From an uncultured SAR116 cluster alpha proteobacterium (lineage in GTDB: Bacteria > Pseudomonadota > Alphaproteobacteria > Puniceispirillales > GCA-002684695): a stretch of 64,000 nt of DNA. How positions within the stretch are numbered: the stretch's first letter is position 1; the number at the start of each line of letters is the position of its first letter. This document shows, one piece after another, positions 48,770 to 58,964 of the stretch. The stretch is taken from positions 31,837 through 95,836 of the forward strand of contig CACBIM010000007.1 in the NCBI GenBank assembly GCA_902539295.1. Direction: 5' to 3'. The notes beneath the pieces were generated by a model that saw only the letters and a program-made list of their open reading frames with translations, was not told the DNA's origin and did not search any database. Both the position numbers and the translations under genes were made by a program.

Positions 48770-49201
48770 AAGAGATAAAAAATAAAAGATTACTACAATC
48801 TTGTTGGATTAAAGCTCTTAGCAAAAAAAATATCAATAAGCTGTACAGAAGGGGATGTAATAACCCTTTCTGGACCTCTTGGTGTTGGAAAAACTACATT
48901 TGCTAAATATCTCATACAGTATTTAGTTGATGAGAATATTGAAGTTACTTCTCCAACATATAATATTATCCAATCCTATAGAAGATTTGATGAAATCGAG
49001 ATTCTACATATGGATTTCTACCGATTAAATGACAAAACAAATATTTATGATTTGGATATCATCGAGTCATTTGAAAATGCTATATCTATTATTGAATGGC
49101 CGGAAAAATTAATTGAAATTATACCAGAAAAAAGGTTGAATATTAAATTAAGTTTTGTTGATGATGATGATGATCTTCGTAAGATAATATTAGCTGACTA
49201 G
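48753..49201 (+). CDS. tsaE: tRNA t6A37 biosynthesis ATPase TsaE; start unresolved (no in-frame canonical start before the P-loop)
   Basis: Frame open from 48779 encodes ..[46 protein letters not shown], the YjeE/TsaE hallmarks. The first in-frame ATG (49010) is downstream of the Walker A. The ATG at 48753 is in the adjacent frame. Confidence 0.8.
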
Positions 49202-49202
49202 T

Positions 49203-50642
49203 ATGATTAATAATAATTCAAATGAAACATCTAGATACGTTATCTATGATTTTGAAACTACAGGTAGAAATTCAAACTGGGATCAAATTATTCAAGTTGG
49301 TGCAATTTTAGTAGACGATAAACTAACTGAATTAGATCGACTTGAGATGAGGTCATCACTAAAACCTGGATTAATTCCTGAACCAGGCGCCCTTTTGGTT
49401 AATAATACTTCGCCAGAAATGTTGTCCAAATCAAACTTATCTCATTATTCCATGATTAAGGAGTTATCAAAAAAATTTACTGAATGGTCACCTGCTATTT
49501 TTATGGGTTACAATTCTATTGATTTTGATGAGGAATTCTTTCGTAAAACATTATTCAAAACACTATATAACCCGTATTTTACACAACTAAATGGAAACAA
49601 ACGATGTGATATCCTTAATATGGTTCGTAGCGCATCTATTTTCCTTCCTGAGACTATAAAATACGAAAAAAATAATAAAGGTAATCCAATTCTAAAACTT
49701 GATCAGATTGCTCCTTTAAATAATATTAATCATGAAGCTCACGATGCGTTAGGAGATGTCCTTGCTACAAATGAGATAGCAAAAATTTTGCGTCTAAAGG
49801 CTAAGAATATCTGGAATTCTGCCTTAATCAGTTCAACGAGATCTGAGGTTAACGCAAAGATCAAAAATGAACTTTTATTTTGTTTCAGCGAATTTATTTA
49901 TGGTAAAACCAAACCCTTTTTAGTCTCTTTTGTTTGCGAACACCCTGTTTTTAAGTGGCCCCAGTGTTTTGACCTATCAAAAGACCCAAAAGAATATTTT
50001 AATATGTCAAAAAATGAATTAAGTATTGAAATTAAAAAATCACCAAAAGTTATCAGGACAATTAAAGATAACAAAAATCCTATAATAATGGATTACAATG
50101 ATTATTTAAAAAATAGTGAATTTGTTGAATTTAGTGAAGATGAATATATAAAAAGAGCAAAAAATTTGCAGGAAAATAATTTATTTCGTTCAACAATTTT
50201 GCATATCCTTCAAGAGGAATTTGATAAAAATAATAGTTTTGATTCTCAAGAGGAAATTTTAGCTGAGGAAAGTCTATATAAAGGTGGTTTCTTTTCAAAC
50301 GCTGATAAACAGTTAATGGACAAATTTCATAAATCTGACTGGTCGGAAAAACTTAAAATATGTGATGATTTTGATGATGAAAGATTATTTTACTTTGGAA
50401 TGAGGCTTATATATGAAGAACAGCCTTCTATTCTTCCAAAAGAAATTTTTAATAATATTCATTCATCAATAGCTAATCAAGTACTGAGTATGAATAATGA
50501 AAAGTGGTATACTATTCCGAAAGCTTATAAAGATTCAGATGATTTAAAAGTTAAATATGATAATGAAAATAACAAAGAAATATTGGAAAAACTTAGAAAA
50601 TTTGATTTACTAATCGACGATATACAGAGAAATTTTCAGTAA
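49203..50642 (+). CDS. sbcB: exodeoxyribonuclease I
   Basis: DEDDh motifs YDFETTG, GYNSIDFDEEF and HEAHDALGDV, collinear with E. coli ExoI including the long C-terminal domains. Confidence 0.88.
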   Translation: MINNNSNETSRYVIYDFETTGRNSNWDQIIQVGAILVDDKLTELDRLEMRSSLKPGLIPEPGALLVNNTSPEMLSKSNLSHYSMIKELSKKFTEWSPAIFMGYNSIDFDEEFFRKTLFKTLYNPYFTQLNGNKRCDILNMVRSASIFLPETIKYEKNNKGNPILKLDQIAPLNNINHEAHDALGDVLATNEIAKILRLKAKNIWNSALISSTRSEVNAKIKNELLFCFSEFIYGKTKPFLVSFVCEHPVFKWPQCFDLSKDPKEYFNMSKNELSIEIKKSPKVIRTIKDNKNPIIMDYNDYLKNSEFVEFSEDEYIKRAKNLQENNLFRSTILHILQEEFDKNNSFDSQEEILAEESLYKGGFFSNADKQLMDKFHKSDWSEKLKICDDFDDERLFYFGMRLIYEEQPSILPKEIFNNIHSSIANQVLSMNNEKWYTIPKAYKDSDDLKVKYDNENNKEILEKLRKFDLLIDDIQRNFQ

Positions 50643-50713
50643 TAAATTTAATTAATCTATCTTGACCAAATTAAAACTCATAATTACATTAGATAAAAAA
50701 AGAGGTTACTTAT

Positions 50714-51043
50714 ATGGCATCAATAATAATAAGCGATAATAATTTTGAAAAAGAAGTGCTTAAATCTGAAAACCTTACTTTAGTTGATTTTTGGGCTGAG
50801 TGGTGTGGTCCATGTAAGATGATAGGACCTGCGTTAGAAGAAATTTCTGAAGAAATGAAGGGTGATGTCAGGATTACAAAATTAAATATTGACGAAAACC
50901 CTGCAACACCACAAAAATATAATGTAAGGGGTATACCGACTTTACTTCTTTTTAAAAATGGTGAAGTAGTTGCAGAGAAAGTTGGTGCCCTACCAAAAGC
51001 ACAATTGCAAGAATGGATCAGCAGTAACGTTAATTCGGAATAG
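50714..51043 (+). CDS. trxA: thioredoxin
   Basis: WAEWCGPCK active site. 109 aa. Confidence 0.97.
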   Translation: MASIIISDNNFEKEVLKSENLTLVDFWAEWCGPCKMIGPALEEISEEMKGDVRITKLNIDENPATPQKYNVRGIPTLLLFKNGEVVAEKVGALPKAQLQEWISSNVNSE

Positions 51044-52322
51044 TTTGATTGTTTTTTAAAAACTCACCAGCAAGATATAAGGATCCACAAATACAGACAT
51101 TTAATTTATTTTGAGAGGCAATTTCAATAGCTTCATAAAGATTTTTGGATTTATCTACTGATATGTCTTTTTTTTGAATGATCTCAAAAAGTTCGTTTGA
51201 TGAAAAACTGTTATCTTGTCCAGTGATTTCAGTTGTTATGATTTTTTGAGTTATAGATTTTAATTCATTTAAGAATTCAGTAGGTTGTCTGGTTTTTAAA
51301 TATCCAAAAATCAATTGCCACTTGGTATCTATAGAAGATAACACTTTACTTAAAGCTTTTGCACCTGAAACATTATGAGCTCCATCTAATATTATAACAT
51401 AATCTTTATCAATTTTGTTTGCTAATTTTCCTTTTTTTATGAATTGTGATCTGGCTGGCCAATTGACATTTTTTACTCCGTTTAGGGATTTTTTAAATTC
51501 AAATCTATTAAAATTTTTTGAAATTACTTTTAAACAAGAAGTAGATAAGGCACAATTATCCAACTGATGATCACCTTTCAAAGCAGGTATAGGGAGATCA
51601 ATATTTTCTCTGTTTAACCAAAAAGAAAAACTATTAGAGCTTAACTTATAATTCTTTTTTTCAATCACATATAGGGGGGCATTTTTATTTAGGCAATTTT
51701 CCTTGATTACTCTCATTATTTCATTTTTTTGACTTATAGTAATAACGGGTATCCCATTTTTGATAATTCCACATTTTTCTCTAGAAATTTTTGAAAGTGT
51801 TGAGCCTAAAAAATGCTCGTGGTCAAAAGAAATTTCAGTAATTATTGAAGCTATTACATTTGGTACTACATTTGTTGCATCTAGTCTTCCACCAAGACCT
51901 ACTTCTAGAAGGAGAATATCAGCTTTAATTTTAGAGAATGCTAAAAATGCAGCTGCTGTAGTAAATTCGAAAAATGTTATTTCTTGATTTTTATTAACCT
52001 TGTCAGTTATGTTTAAAATTTCCAATAAAAATTTATTTGAAATTAACTGGTCTTCAATTCTTATTCTTTCATTAAAATTAACTAGGTGTGGAGAAGTGTA
52101 TGAGTGAACAGTAAGACCACTTTCTTTTAACATTGATCTTAAAATTGAAAGCGTTGAACCTTTTCCATTAGTACCTGCTATATGAATTGTTGGTGGTAAA
52201 CATTGATGAGGATTACCTAAATCTTCTAATAGTCGATTAATTCGTTTTAAATTTAAATCAATATATTTTGGATGATACTCTTGAATTTTAATTAAAATAT
52301 CATCTAATTCTTTTAAACTCAT
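51030..52322 (-). CDS. folC: bifunctional folylpolyglutamate synthase / dihydrofolate synthase
   Basis: [12 protein letters not shown]-loop and Mur-ligase fold. 430 aa. The 3' end overlaps convergent trxA by 14 nt. Confidence 0.92.
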   Translation of the reverse strand: MSLKELDDILIKIQEYHPKYIDLNLKRINRLLEDLGNPHQCLPPTIHIAGTNGKGSTLSILRSMLKESGLTVHSYTSPHLVNFNERIRIEDQLISNKFLLEILNITDKVNKNQEITFFEFTTAAAFLAFSKIKADILLLEVGLGGRLDATNVVPNVIASIITEISFDHEHFLGSTLSKISREKCGIIKNGIPVITISQKNEIMRVIKENCLNKNAPLYVIEKKNYKLSSNSFSFWLNRENIDLPIPALKGDHQLDNCALSTSCLKVISKNFNRFEFKKSLNGVKNVNWPARSQFIKKGKLANKIDKDYVIILDGAHNVSGAKALSKVLSSIDTKWQLIFGYLKTRQPTEFLNELKSITQKIITTEITGQDNSFSSNELFEIIQKKDISVDKSKNLYEAIEIASQNKLNVCICGSLYLAGEFLKNNQTIPN

Positions 52323-52327
52323 GCAAT

Positions 52328-53182
52328 TTAATTTTTATTAGATAAAGTTATATCTAATATATTGGACAGTATTTCTCTATGTTTTTTTCTATCTGCTACA
52401 ATGTCAACCATTCCATGTTCTAAAAGGTATTCAGAAGTTTGAAAATTTTCAGGTAATTTTTCCTTCACAGTTTCTTCAATTACTCTTTTTCCAGCAAAAC
52501 CTATAGTTGCACCTGGTTCTGCAATATGGATATCTCCTAGCATTGCAAAACTTGCTGTAACTCCTCCAGTAGTTGGATTTGTTAGTATAACAATATGAGG
52601 CAATTTTGCATCTTCTATCATTTGCAAAGCAGCAATGGTTCTTGGCATCTGCATTAGTGAAATTATACCTTCTTGCATTCTTGCACCTCCTGATGAAGGA
52701 ATGGTTACAAAAGCACATTTCTGATCTAAAGCAATATTGGCTCCTTTGATGAATGCATTTCCTACAGATCTTCCCATTGAACCACCCATAAATCTAAAGT
52801 CAAATGCAGCAATAACTACTGGGAAGCTCTCAATTTTACCTTTTACAAGTAATATACAGTCATCTTGTTCAGTTTTTCTTTTGGAATCTTTCAGCCTATC
52901 AGAATATTTTTTCAAATCTTTAAAACCTAAAATATCTTGATTTTCTGTTGAATAGTCAATTTGTTCAAAAGTATTATCATCAAGTAGAAATTTCATTCTT
53001 TCCTTTGGATAAAGAGGCATATGGAAATTACAGGTCGTACAAATATTGAAATTTTTATTTAGATCTTTTTCAAATATCATTTGATCACAAGATTTACATT
53101 TAATCCAAAGATTTTGTTTTGTTTCCTCTTTGTTAACAAATGCTTTTATTTTAGGAAGTACTGATTTTGTTAACCAATTCAT
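52328..53182 (-). CDS. accD: acetyl-CoA carboxylase carboxyltransferase beta subunit
   Basis: N-terminal Zn ribbon CKSC..CTTCNFH and the carboxyltransferase core (FRFMGGSMG, GGARMQEG). Confidence 0.96.
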   Translation of the reverse strand: MNWLTKSVLPKIKAFVNKEETKQNLWIKCKSCDQMIFEKDLNKNFNICTTCNFHMPLYPKERMKFLLDDNTFEQIDYSTENQDILGFKDLKKYSDRLKDSKRKTEQDDCILLVKGKIESFPVVIAAFDFRFMGGSMGRSVGNAFIKGANIALDQKCAFVTIPSSGGARMQEGIISLMQMPRTIAALQMIEDAKLPHIVILTNPTTGGVTASFAMLGDIHIAEPGATIGFAGKRVIEETVKEKLPENFQTSEYLLEHGMVDIVADRKKHREILSNILDITLSNKN

Positions 53183-53194
53183 ATGTTCGCCCTT

Positions 53195-54007
53195 TTAGTT
53201 TAGACCTGATGAAAGTGTTCTAACTTCATTTAATACTTTTTCTACATTAAAAAGATTATTTTTTTTATTTGTATATTCATTTTCAATGATTTTGACAATA
53301 TGACTACCTACCACTGCTGCATTTGCAACATTAGATATTTCTTTAATTTGCTTTTGAGTTCTAATACCAAATCCCACAGCAATTGGAAGTTTAGTGAATA
53401 TCTTAATTCTATTTAATGATTTTTCTATTTCTTCTATAGAAGCCTTTTTGGTACCTGTTATACCTGTCACAGATACGTAGTATAAAAAACCAGATGAGTT
53501 TTCTAAAACCTTTTGTAATCTTTCTTCGTCAGTTGTTGGGGTAAGAAGTTTTACTAAATCCATATTTGTGTTTTTTAAATACTTTACAAATTCTTTATCT
53601 TCTTCTGGTGGCATGTCTACAATAATAAAGCCATCAACTCCAAAATTATGTGAGTCTGTAATAAATTTCTTTACACCATATTGGTAAATAGGATTATAAT
53701 AACCCATCAAAATTACAGGTGTTTTTATATCTTTTTTTCTGAAGTTTTTAACCATCAAAAGAGTTTTTTTAAGGTTCATTCCTTGATTAAGTGCCCTTAA
53801 AGATGACGCCTGAATGGCAGGGCCATCAGCCATAGGGTCTGAGAAGGGCATCCCAAGCTCAATGAAATCAGCACCAAAGTCAGGTAAGCTGTCAAAAATT
53901 TTTTGTGAAGTATTTAAATTCGGGTCACCTGCAGTTATAAAAATACCCAAACCTGCTCTTTTATTTTCTATTAAATTAATAAAAAGCTGTGAAATCCTAT
54001 TTTTCAT
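53195..54007 (-). CDS. trpA: tryptophan synthase alpha chain
   Basis: ELGMPFSDPMADGPAIQ and GFGI motifs. Lies downstream of trpB. Confidence 0.96.
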   Translation of the reverse strand: MKNRISQLFINLIENKRAGLGIFITAGDPNLNTSQKIFDSLPDFGADFIELGMPFSDPMADGPAIQASSLRALNQGMNLKKTLLMVKNFRKKDIKTPVILMGYYNPIYQYGVKKFITDSHNFGVDGFIIVDMPPEEDKEFVKYLKNTNMDLVKLLTPTTDEERLQKVLENSSGFLYYVSVTGITGTKKASIEEIEKSLNRIKIFTKLPIAVGFGIRTQKQIKEISNVANAAVVGSHIVKIIENEYTNKKNNLFNVEKVLNEVRTLSSGLN

Positions 54008-54010
54008 TTG

Positions 54011-55240
54011 TTATATTTTGCCCATCGCTTTTAATTTTGGCAAAACAGCACTTAAATCTTTATCACCGCGACCACACATATTCATAATTATAATATCATC
54101 TTTTTTCATTTTTTTTGCTTCTTGAATTGTAATATGTAAAGCATGTGCAGGTTCAAGAGCAGGTATAATTCCTTCAAGTTTTGAACATAAATGAAAAGCT
54201 TCAAGCGCTTCATCATCAGTACAAGCTTTATACTGCACTCTACCAATATCATTAAGCCAGGAATGTTCAGGACCTATTCCTGGGTAGTCTAACCCAGCAG
54301 ATATTGAATGTGCATCTATAATTTGTCCGTCAAAGTCTTGAAGTAAATAGGTTTTGTTTCCGTGTAAAATGCCAGGTTTTCCACCTGTTAAAGAAGCTGC
54401 ATGAAGTTTGGAATTTACACCTTTTCCACCTGCCTCAACACCAATTATCTCAACTTTATCATCATCTAAAAAACTATGAAATAAGCCCATAGCATTTGAC
54501 CCGCCTCCAATACATGCAATAATTTTTGAAGGTAATTTTTTTTCTATTTCCAAGATTTGATCTCTTGCTTCTTCTCCAATAACAGACTGAAAATCACGCA
54601 CCATCATAGGATAAGGGTGTGGACCAGCAACTGTTCCAATTATATAAAAGTGAGATTTAGCATTAGACACCCAATGCCTAAGAGCCTCATTCATTGCATC
54701 TTTAAGTGTTCCTGTACCAGATGATACTGGAATAATTTTTGCACCTAGTAATTGCATTCTTTCTACATTTGGTTTTTGTCTTTCTATGTCTTCTTCACCC
54801 ATAAAAACTTCGCAATCCATATCAAAAAGAGCGCAAACTGTAGCAGTAGCAACTCCATGTTGTCCTGCGCCTGTTTCAGCAATAATTTTATTTTTACCCA
54901 TTTCTTTTGCTAGTAATGCTTGTCCAATAACATTATTTATTTTATGTGCGCCAGTATGATTTAATTCATCTCTTTTGAAGAAAATCTTAGCACCACCACA
55001 ATAGTCAGTAATTCTATTTGCAAAATAAAGGGGAGATGGTCTTCCTATATAGTTTTTTTGATAGTATTTTAATTTTTCTTGAAATGACGAACTTTTTTTT
55101 AACTTGTTATAGTTTTTTGATAAACTTAATATAAGGGGCATAAGAGTTTCTGCAACAAACATACCTCCATATTCTCCAAACTTACCATCGTCAGAAGGCT
55201 GATTTTTAAGTGAATTAAAGTTTATTTTTTTATTGTCCAT
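54011..55240 (-). CDS. trpB: tryptophan synthase beta chain
   Basis: [11 protein letters not shown] (PLP-Lys), GGGSNAMG and the overall TrpB pattern. 409 aa. Confidence 0.98.
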   Translation of the reverse strand: MDNKKINFNSLKNQPSDDGKFGEYGGMFVAETLMPLILSLSKNYNKLKKSSSFQEKLKYYQKNYIGRPSPLYFANRITDYCGGAKIFFKRDELNHTGAHKINNVIGQALLAKEMGKNKIIAETGAGQHGVATATVCALFDMDCEVFMGEEDIERQKPNVERMQLLGAKIIPVSSGTGTLKDAMNEALRHWVSNAKSHFYIIGTVAGPHPYPMMVRDFQSVIGEEARDQILEIEKKLPSKIIACIGGGSNAMGLFHSFLDDDKVEIIGVEAGGKGVNSKLHAASLTGGKPGILHGNKTYLLQDFDGQIIDAHSISAGLDYPGIGPEHSWLNDIGRVQYKACTDDEALEAFHLCSKLEGIIPALEPAHALHITIQEAKKMKKDDIIIMNMCGRGDKDLSAVLPKLKAMGKI

Positions 55241-55251
55241 TTTTTAAATAA

Positions 55252-55890
55252 TTAAGAGTTTAGACTTCTCACTTTATTAATAAATTTATTTAGTAATACT
55301 TTACTTTTTACACCAGGTGAACTTTCAACTCCACTTGAAACATCAACATTTTTCGAATTACTTTTCTTTATTGCTTCTATGATATTTCTATGATTTAAAC
55401 CACCTGCCAGCATCCATTTCCTATCACCTCTGTATTGCTTTAAAATATCCCAGTTTATTTTATTAGTTTTCTTTCCTTGTAATTTTTGCTTAGTTAATTT
55501 GGAATCAAACAAAAATTTATCAACTATTTCTTCATATTTATAGACTTGTTTTAAACTTTCAGAATTTTTAACTTCTATAGCTTTCATTATAGGTATTCCA
55601 AACATTTTTTTTATTTCATTACATCTACTAGGCGTTTCAAATCCATGTAATTGGATCAAATCAGGTTTAACTGTTTTTACAATTTTTGAAATAAATTCAT
55701 TTCTAGGGTTAACAAAAAGGGATACTATTCCAATTTTATTCCTTGCTATTTCAAAAAGACTATCATGATTATAATCAACATTTCTGATCGAATCTTTATA
55801 AAATACAAAACCTGCCCATGTAACATTCAAGTCAATTAATCTTAATAAATCATCTTCTTTTTTAATGCCGCAAACCTTAATTTCAGTCAT
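55252..55890 (-). CDS. trpF: phosphoribosylanthranilate isomerase
   Basis: IKVCGI.., QLHG and VDVSSGVE motifs. Immediately upstream of trpB. Confidence 0.9.
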   Translation of the reverse strand: MTEIKVCGIKKEDDLLRLIDLNVTWAGFVFYKDSIRNVDYNHDSLFEIARNKIGIVSLFVNPRNEFISKIVKTVKPDLIQLHGFETPSRCNEIKKMFGIPIMKAIEVKNSESLKQVYKYEEIVDKFLFDSKLTKQKLQGKKTNKINWDILKQYRGDRKWMLAGGLNHRNIIEAIKKSNSKNVDVSSGVESSPGVKSKVLLNKFINKVRSLNS

Positions 55891-55901
55891 AAGCTAATTA
55901 T

Positions 55902-56129
55902 CTATTTAAAGTAATTATTTAATTTGTGCACAAACATTAATGCACAGCCTAAAAATAAACCTATAACAAAAAATCCTATACACAAAGACCAAGTAGGAAG
56001 AAAAATTTTATAGTCAAATGGCCAAAGGGAGATAAAAGTTAAGTTTGAATTAGATAAAGTAAATATTGAAAAAAATAATAGCGTAGGTAGAGTTAGTGTA
56101 AAAGCTAAGATTTTATAAATAATATTCAT
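55902..56129 (-). CDS. LapA/DUF1049-like small inner-membrane protein
   Basis: 75 aa with two TM helices. It occupies the conserved position downstream of ihfB. Confidence 0.55.
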   Translation of the reverse strand: MNIIYKILAFTLTLPTLLFFSIFTLSNSNLTFISLWPFDYKIFLPTWSLCIGFFVIGLFLGCALMFVHKLNNYFK

Positions 56130-56137
56130 TAATTATT

Positions 56138-56416
56138 TTATCTGTTAATTCGTTCTTTTAGTTTTTTTCCCATTCTAAAATACGGTATACGTTTGTTTTC
56201 AACAAAAACTGTATCTCCAGTCCTTGGATTTCTGCTCTTCCTTGCTTTTAACTCTTTAAGGCCAAAGGTCCCAAAACCTCGCAATTCAACCCTATTACCT
56301 TTAGAAATGTTCTCAGATACTACATTAATTATAGTAAAAACTATTTTTTCAATATCACTTAAATATAATGTAGGATATCTACTTGCTATCTTAGATATTA
56401 ATTCTGATTTAGTCAT
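56138..56416 (-). CDS. ihfB: integration host factor beta subunit
   Basis: MTKSELI.., VELRGFGTF and SRNPRTGD parallel E. coli IHF-beta. I prefer the ATG at 56416 over 56440. Confidence 0.92.
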   Translation of the reverse strand: MTKSELISKIASRYPTLYLSDIEKIVFTIINVVSENISKGNRVELRGFGTFGLKELKARKSRNPRTGDTVFVENKRIPYFRMGKKLKERINR

Positions 56417-56485
56417 TAAATAATTAACCTTTAAATTCAAATTATAATAACATATAAATTCTAGTCTAAAAGTATAGATATTTTT

Positions 56486-58180
56486 TTATTTTTTATCAGC
56501 ATTAAGAGCAACACCGAGTATATCTCCCAATGTAGCACCACTATCAGAAGAGCCATAATCTTTCATTGCTTTTTTCTCTTCTAGTATTTCTCTAGCCTTT
56601 ATAGAAAGAGTTATTTTTCTTGATTTTTTATCAATATTCGTTATTTGTGCATCAACTTTATCTCCTTTTGCAAATCTATCAGGTCTTTGTTCTTCTCTAT
56701 CTCTAGAAAGTTCTGATTTGCGGATAAATCCTTTTAGGCCATCAACTATTTCAACATCTAGACCTTGATCCAGAACGTCTTCAACAACACAAGTAATAAT
56801 CATACCTCTTTTTAATTTCAAAGAACCATCGGCGAAAGGGTCAGGTTCAAGTTGCTTGATACCAAGAGATATTCTTTCGTTATCAACACTTACATCTAAA
56901 ACTTTAGTTTTTATAAGATCGCCTTTCTTGAAGTTTGAAATTATTTCCTCAGCATTTCCTTCCCATGAAATATCTGATAGATGAATTAAACCGTCAATTT
57001 GGTCTGATGCAGCTACAAAAATACCAAATTCAGTGATATTTCTAATCTCTCCTTCTAGTACAGAGCCATTAGGGTGATTATTTAAAAATTCTTGCCAAGG
57101 ATTTTCAACACACTGTTTTAAACCAAGTGATATTCTTCTTTTTTCTTCTTCAATATCTAAAACCATTACTTCGACTTGTTCGCTTGTAGAAACAATTTTT
57201 CCTGGGTGAATATTTTTTTTGGTCCAGCTAATTTCAGTGACATGAACAAGTCCTTCAATACCAGCATCAAGTTCAACAAAAGCGCCATAATCGGTTATAT
57301 TTGTTATTCTTCCTGTGGTTTTTGAACCAATTGGATATTTCTTTTCTATAGATGTCCATGGGTCCTCCTCTAATTGTTTCATTCCTAAAGATATTCTTTG
57401 TGTTTCGTTATTAAATTTAATTACTTGTACAGTTATCGTATCTCCAAGTTTCAAAACTTCAGATGGGTGTAAAACTCTTTTCCAAGCAATATCAGTCACA
57501 TGAAGCAAACCATCAACACCACCTAAATCAATGAATGCACCATAGTCAGTAATATTTTTAACAATACCTTTTAAAACTTGACCTTCACTTAAATTAGATA
57601 CAAGTTCAGTTTTTGCTTCTGCTCTAGATTCTTCTAAAACAGCTCTTCTGGATACAACTATATTTCCTCTTTTTCTATCCATTTTCAAAATCATGAATGA
57701 TTGAGGGCCACCCATAATAGAATTTAAATCTTTTATTGGCCTTATATCAACTTGACTACCAGGAAGAAATGCTGTAGCGCCTTCAAGGTCTACTGTAAAT
57801 CCTCCTTTAACTTTGCCAAAAATAATACCAGTTACACGTTCTTGTTTTTTATGTGCAATTTCTAAAATTGACCAAGATTCTTCCCTTTTTGCTTTCTCTC
57901 TACTTAGAACTGTATCTCCATTTCGCCCTTCAATTTTTTCAATGAAAACATCAACTAAATCACCAGCTTGAATTTCAGATTTAGCTCCGTAAGATCCAAA
58001 TTCCTTCATTGAAATTCTTCCTTCGGATTTCAAACCCACATCTACTAAAGCAATATCATTTTCTATGCTTACAACTTTACCTTTTACAACACTGCCCTCA
58101 ATTTTTAAGTTTTTTGCAAAACTTTCTTCAAGCAGATCTGCAAATGACTCATTTTTTTTGCTATTGTTCGCATTTTCCAT
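56486..58180 (-). CDS. rpsA: 30S ribosomal protein S1
   Basis: Six S1/OB repeats (G..V.G.V....D.GAF(V/I)(D/E)L). 564 aa. Confidence 0.98.
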   Translation of the reverse strand: MENANNSKKNESFADLLEESFAKNLKIEGSVVKGKVVSIENDIALVDVGLKSEGRISMKEFGSYGAKSEIQAGDLVDVFIEKIEGRNGDTVLSREKAKREESWSILEIAHKKQERVTGIIFGKVKGGFTVDLEGATAFLPGSQVDIRPIKDLNSIMGGPQSFMILKMDRKRGNIVVSRRAVLEESRAEAKTELVSNLSEGQVLKGIVKNITDYGAFIDLGGVDGLLHVTDIAWKRVLHPSEVLKLGDTITVQVIKFNNETQRISLGMKQLEEDPWTSIEKKYPIGSKTTGRITNITDYGAFVELDAGIEGLVHVTEISWTKKNIHPGKIVSTSEQVEVMVLDIEEEKRRISLGLKQCVENPWQEFLNNHPNGSVLEGEIRNITEFGIFVAASDQIDGLIHLSDISWEGNAEEIISNFKKGDLIKTKVLDVSVDNERISLGIKQLEPDPFADGSLKLKRGMIITCVVEDVLDQGLDVEIVDGLKGFIRKSELSRDREEQRPDRFAKGDKVDAQITNIDKKSRKITLSIKAREILEEKKAMKDYGSSDSGATLGDILGVALNADKK

Positions 58181-58321
58181 AATATTTAATTTACCTCAAT
58201 ATATATATACAACCAAACAAGTTGTATACCCATGCTGGTTAATGGGTAACCATGGGCTTATAAAAATAATGGTTTTTTTACCAGCTTAATTAATAAACAA
58301 TATTAGATTTAAGCCCAAAAT

Positions 58322-58963
58322 CTAAAAACTTTTAATAATGTTTAATGCCTTTTGCAAAACAATTTCTTCAGATATATTCCCAGTATCAATGTAAAAAGCG
58401 TCTTTTGCTTTTTTCAATGGGCCTTCAATCCTATTTTTATCTCTTTTATCTCTACATATAAGGTCATTTAATACATCAAGGTATATAACCTCATAATTTA
58501 AATGAATCAACTGTTGTGTTCGTCTTTCTGCTCTAATTTTAATATCAGCGTCTAAATAAAATTTAAAACTTGCATCTGGAAAAACGATTGTACCAATGTC
58601 CCTTCCATCAATTACTACACCATCATGAGAAATTAGAAATTGGTTTACATATTCTCTCTGAAGCTTAATTAGCGCTTCTCTAATATTCTTTTCGGGAGCA
58701 ATTTGTGAAGATTTTTTGCTTACCAGTGTTGATCTTAAATTTTCACCTGCCAATTTTTTGATTTTTATAATTTTTTTTATTGAAAGTTTTTTTGAAAGTT
58801 CAATCAAATCGATTTTCCTCTCTATTCCCATTTTTATAGCTTGATAAGCTAAAACTCTATAAAACAAACCTGAGTCTAGGTGGTGTAAATTTAGCGATAA
58901 AGATAGATTTTTTGCTAGTGACCCTTTGCCTGATGATGCTGTTCCATCAATTGCTATAATCAT
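58322..58963 (-). CDS. cmk: cytidylate kinase
   Basis: IIAIDGTASSGKGSLAK P-loop. The ATG at 58963 directly abuts the aroA stop, and the longer ORF start at 58996 would overlap aroA. Confidence 0.93.
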   Translation of the reverse strand: MIIAIDGTASSGKGSLAKNLSLSLNLHHLDSGLFYRVLAYQAIKMGIERKIDLIELSKKLSIKKIIKIKKLAGENLRSTLVSKKSSQIAPEKNIREALIKLQREYVNQFLISHDGVVIDGRDIGTIVFPDASFKFYLDADIKIRAERRTQQLIHLNYEVIYLDVLNDLICRDKRDKNRIEGPLKKAKDAFYIDTGNISEEIVLQKALNIIKSF

Positions 58964-58964
58964 T

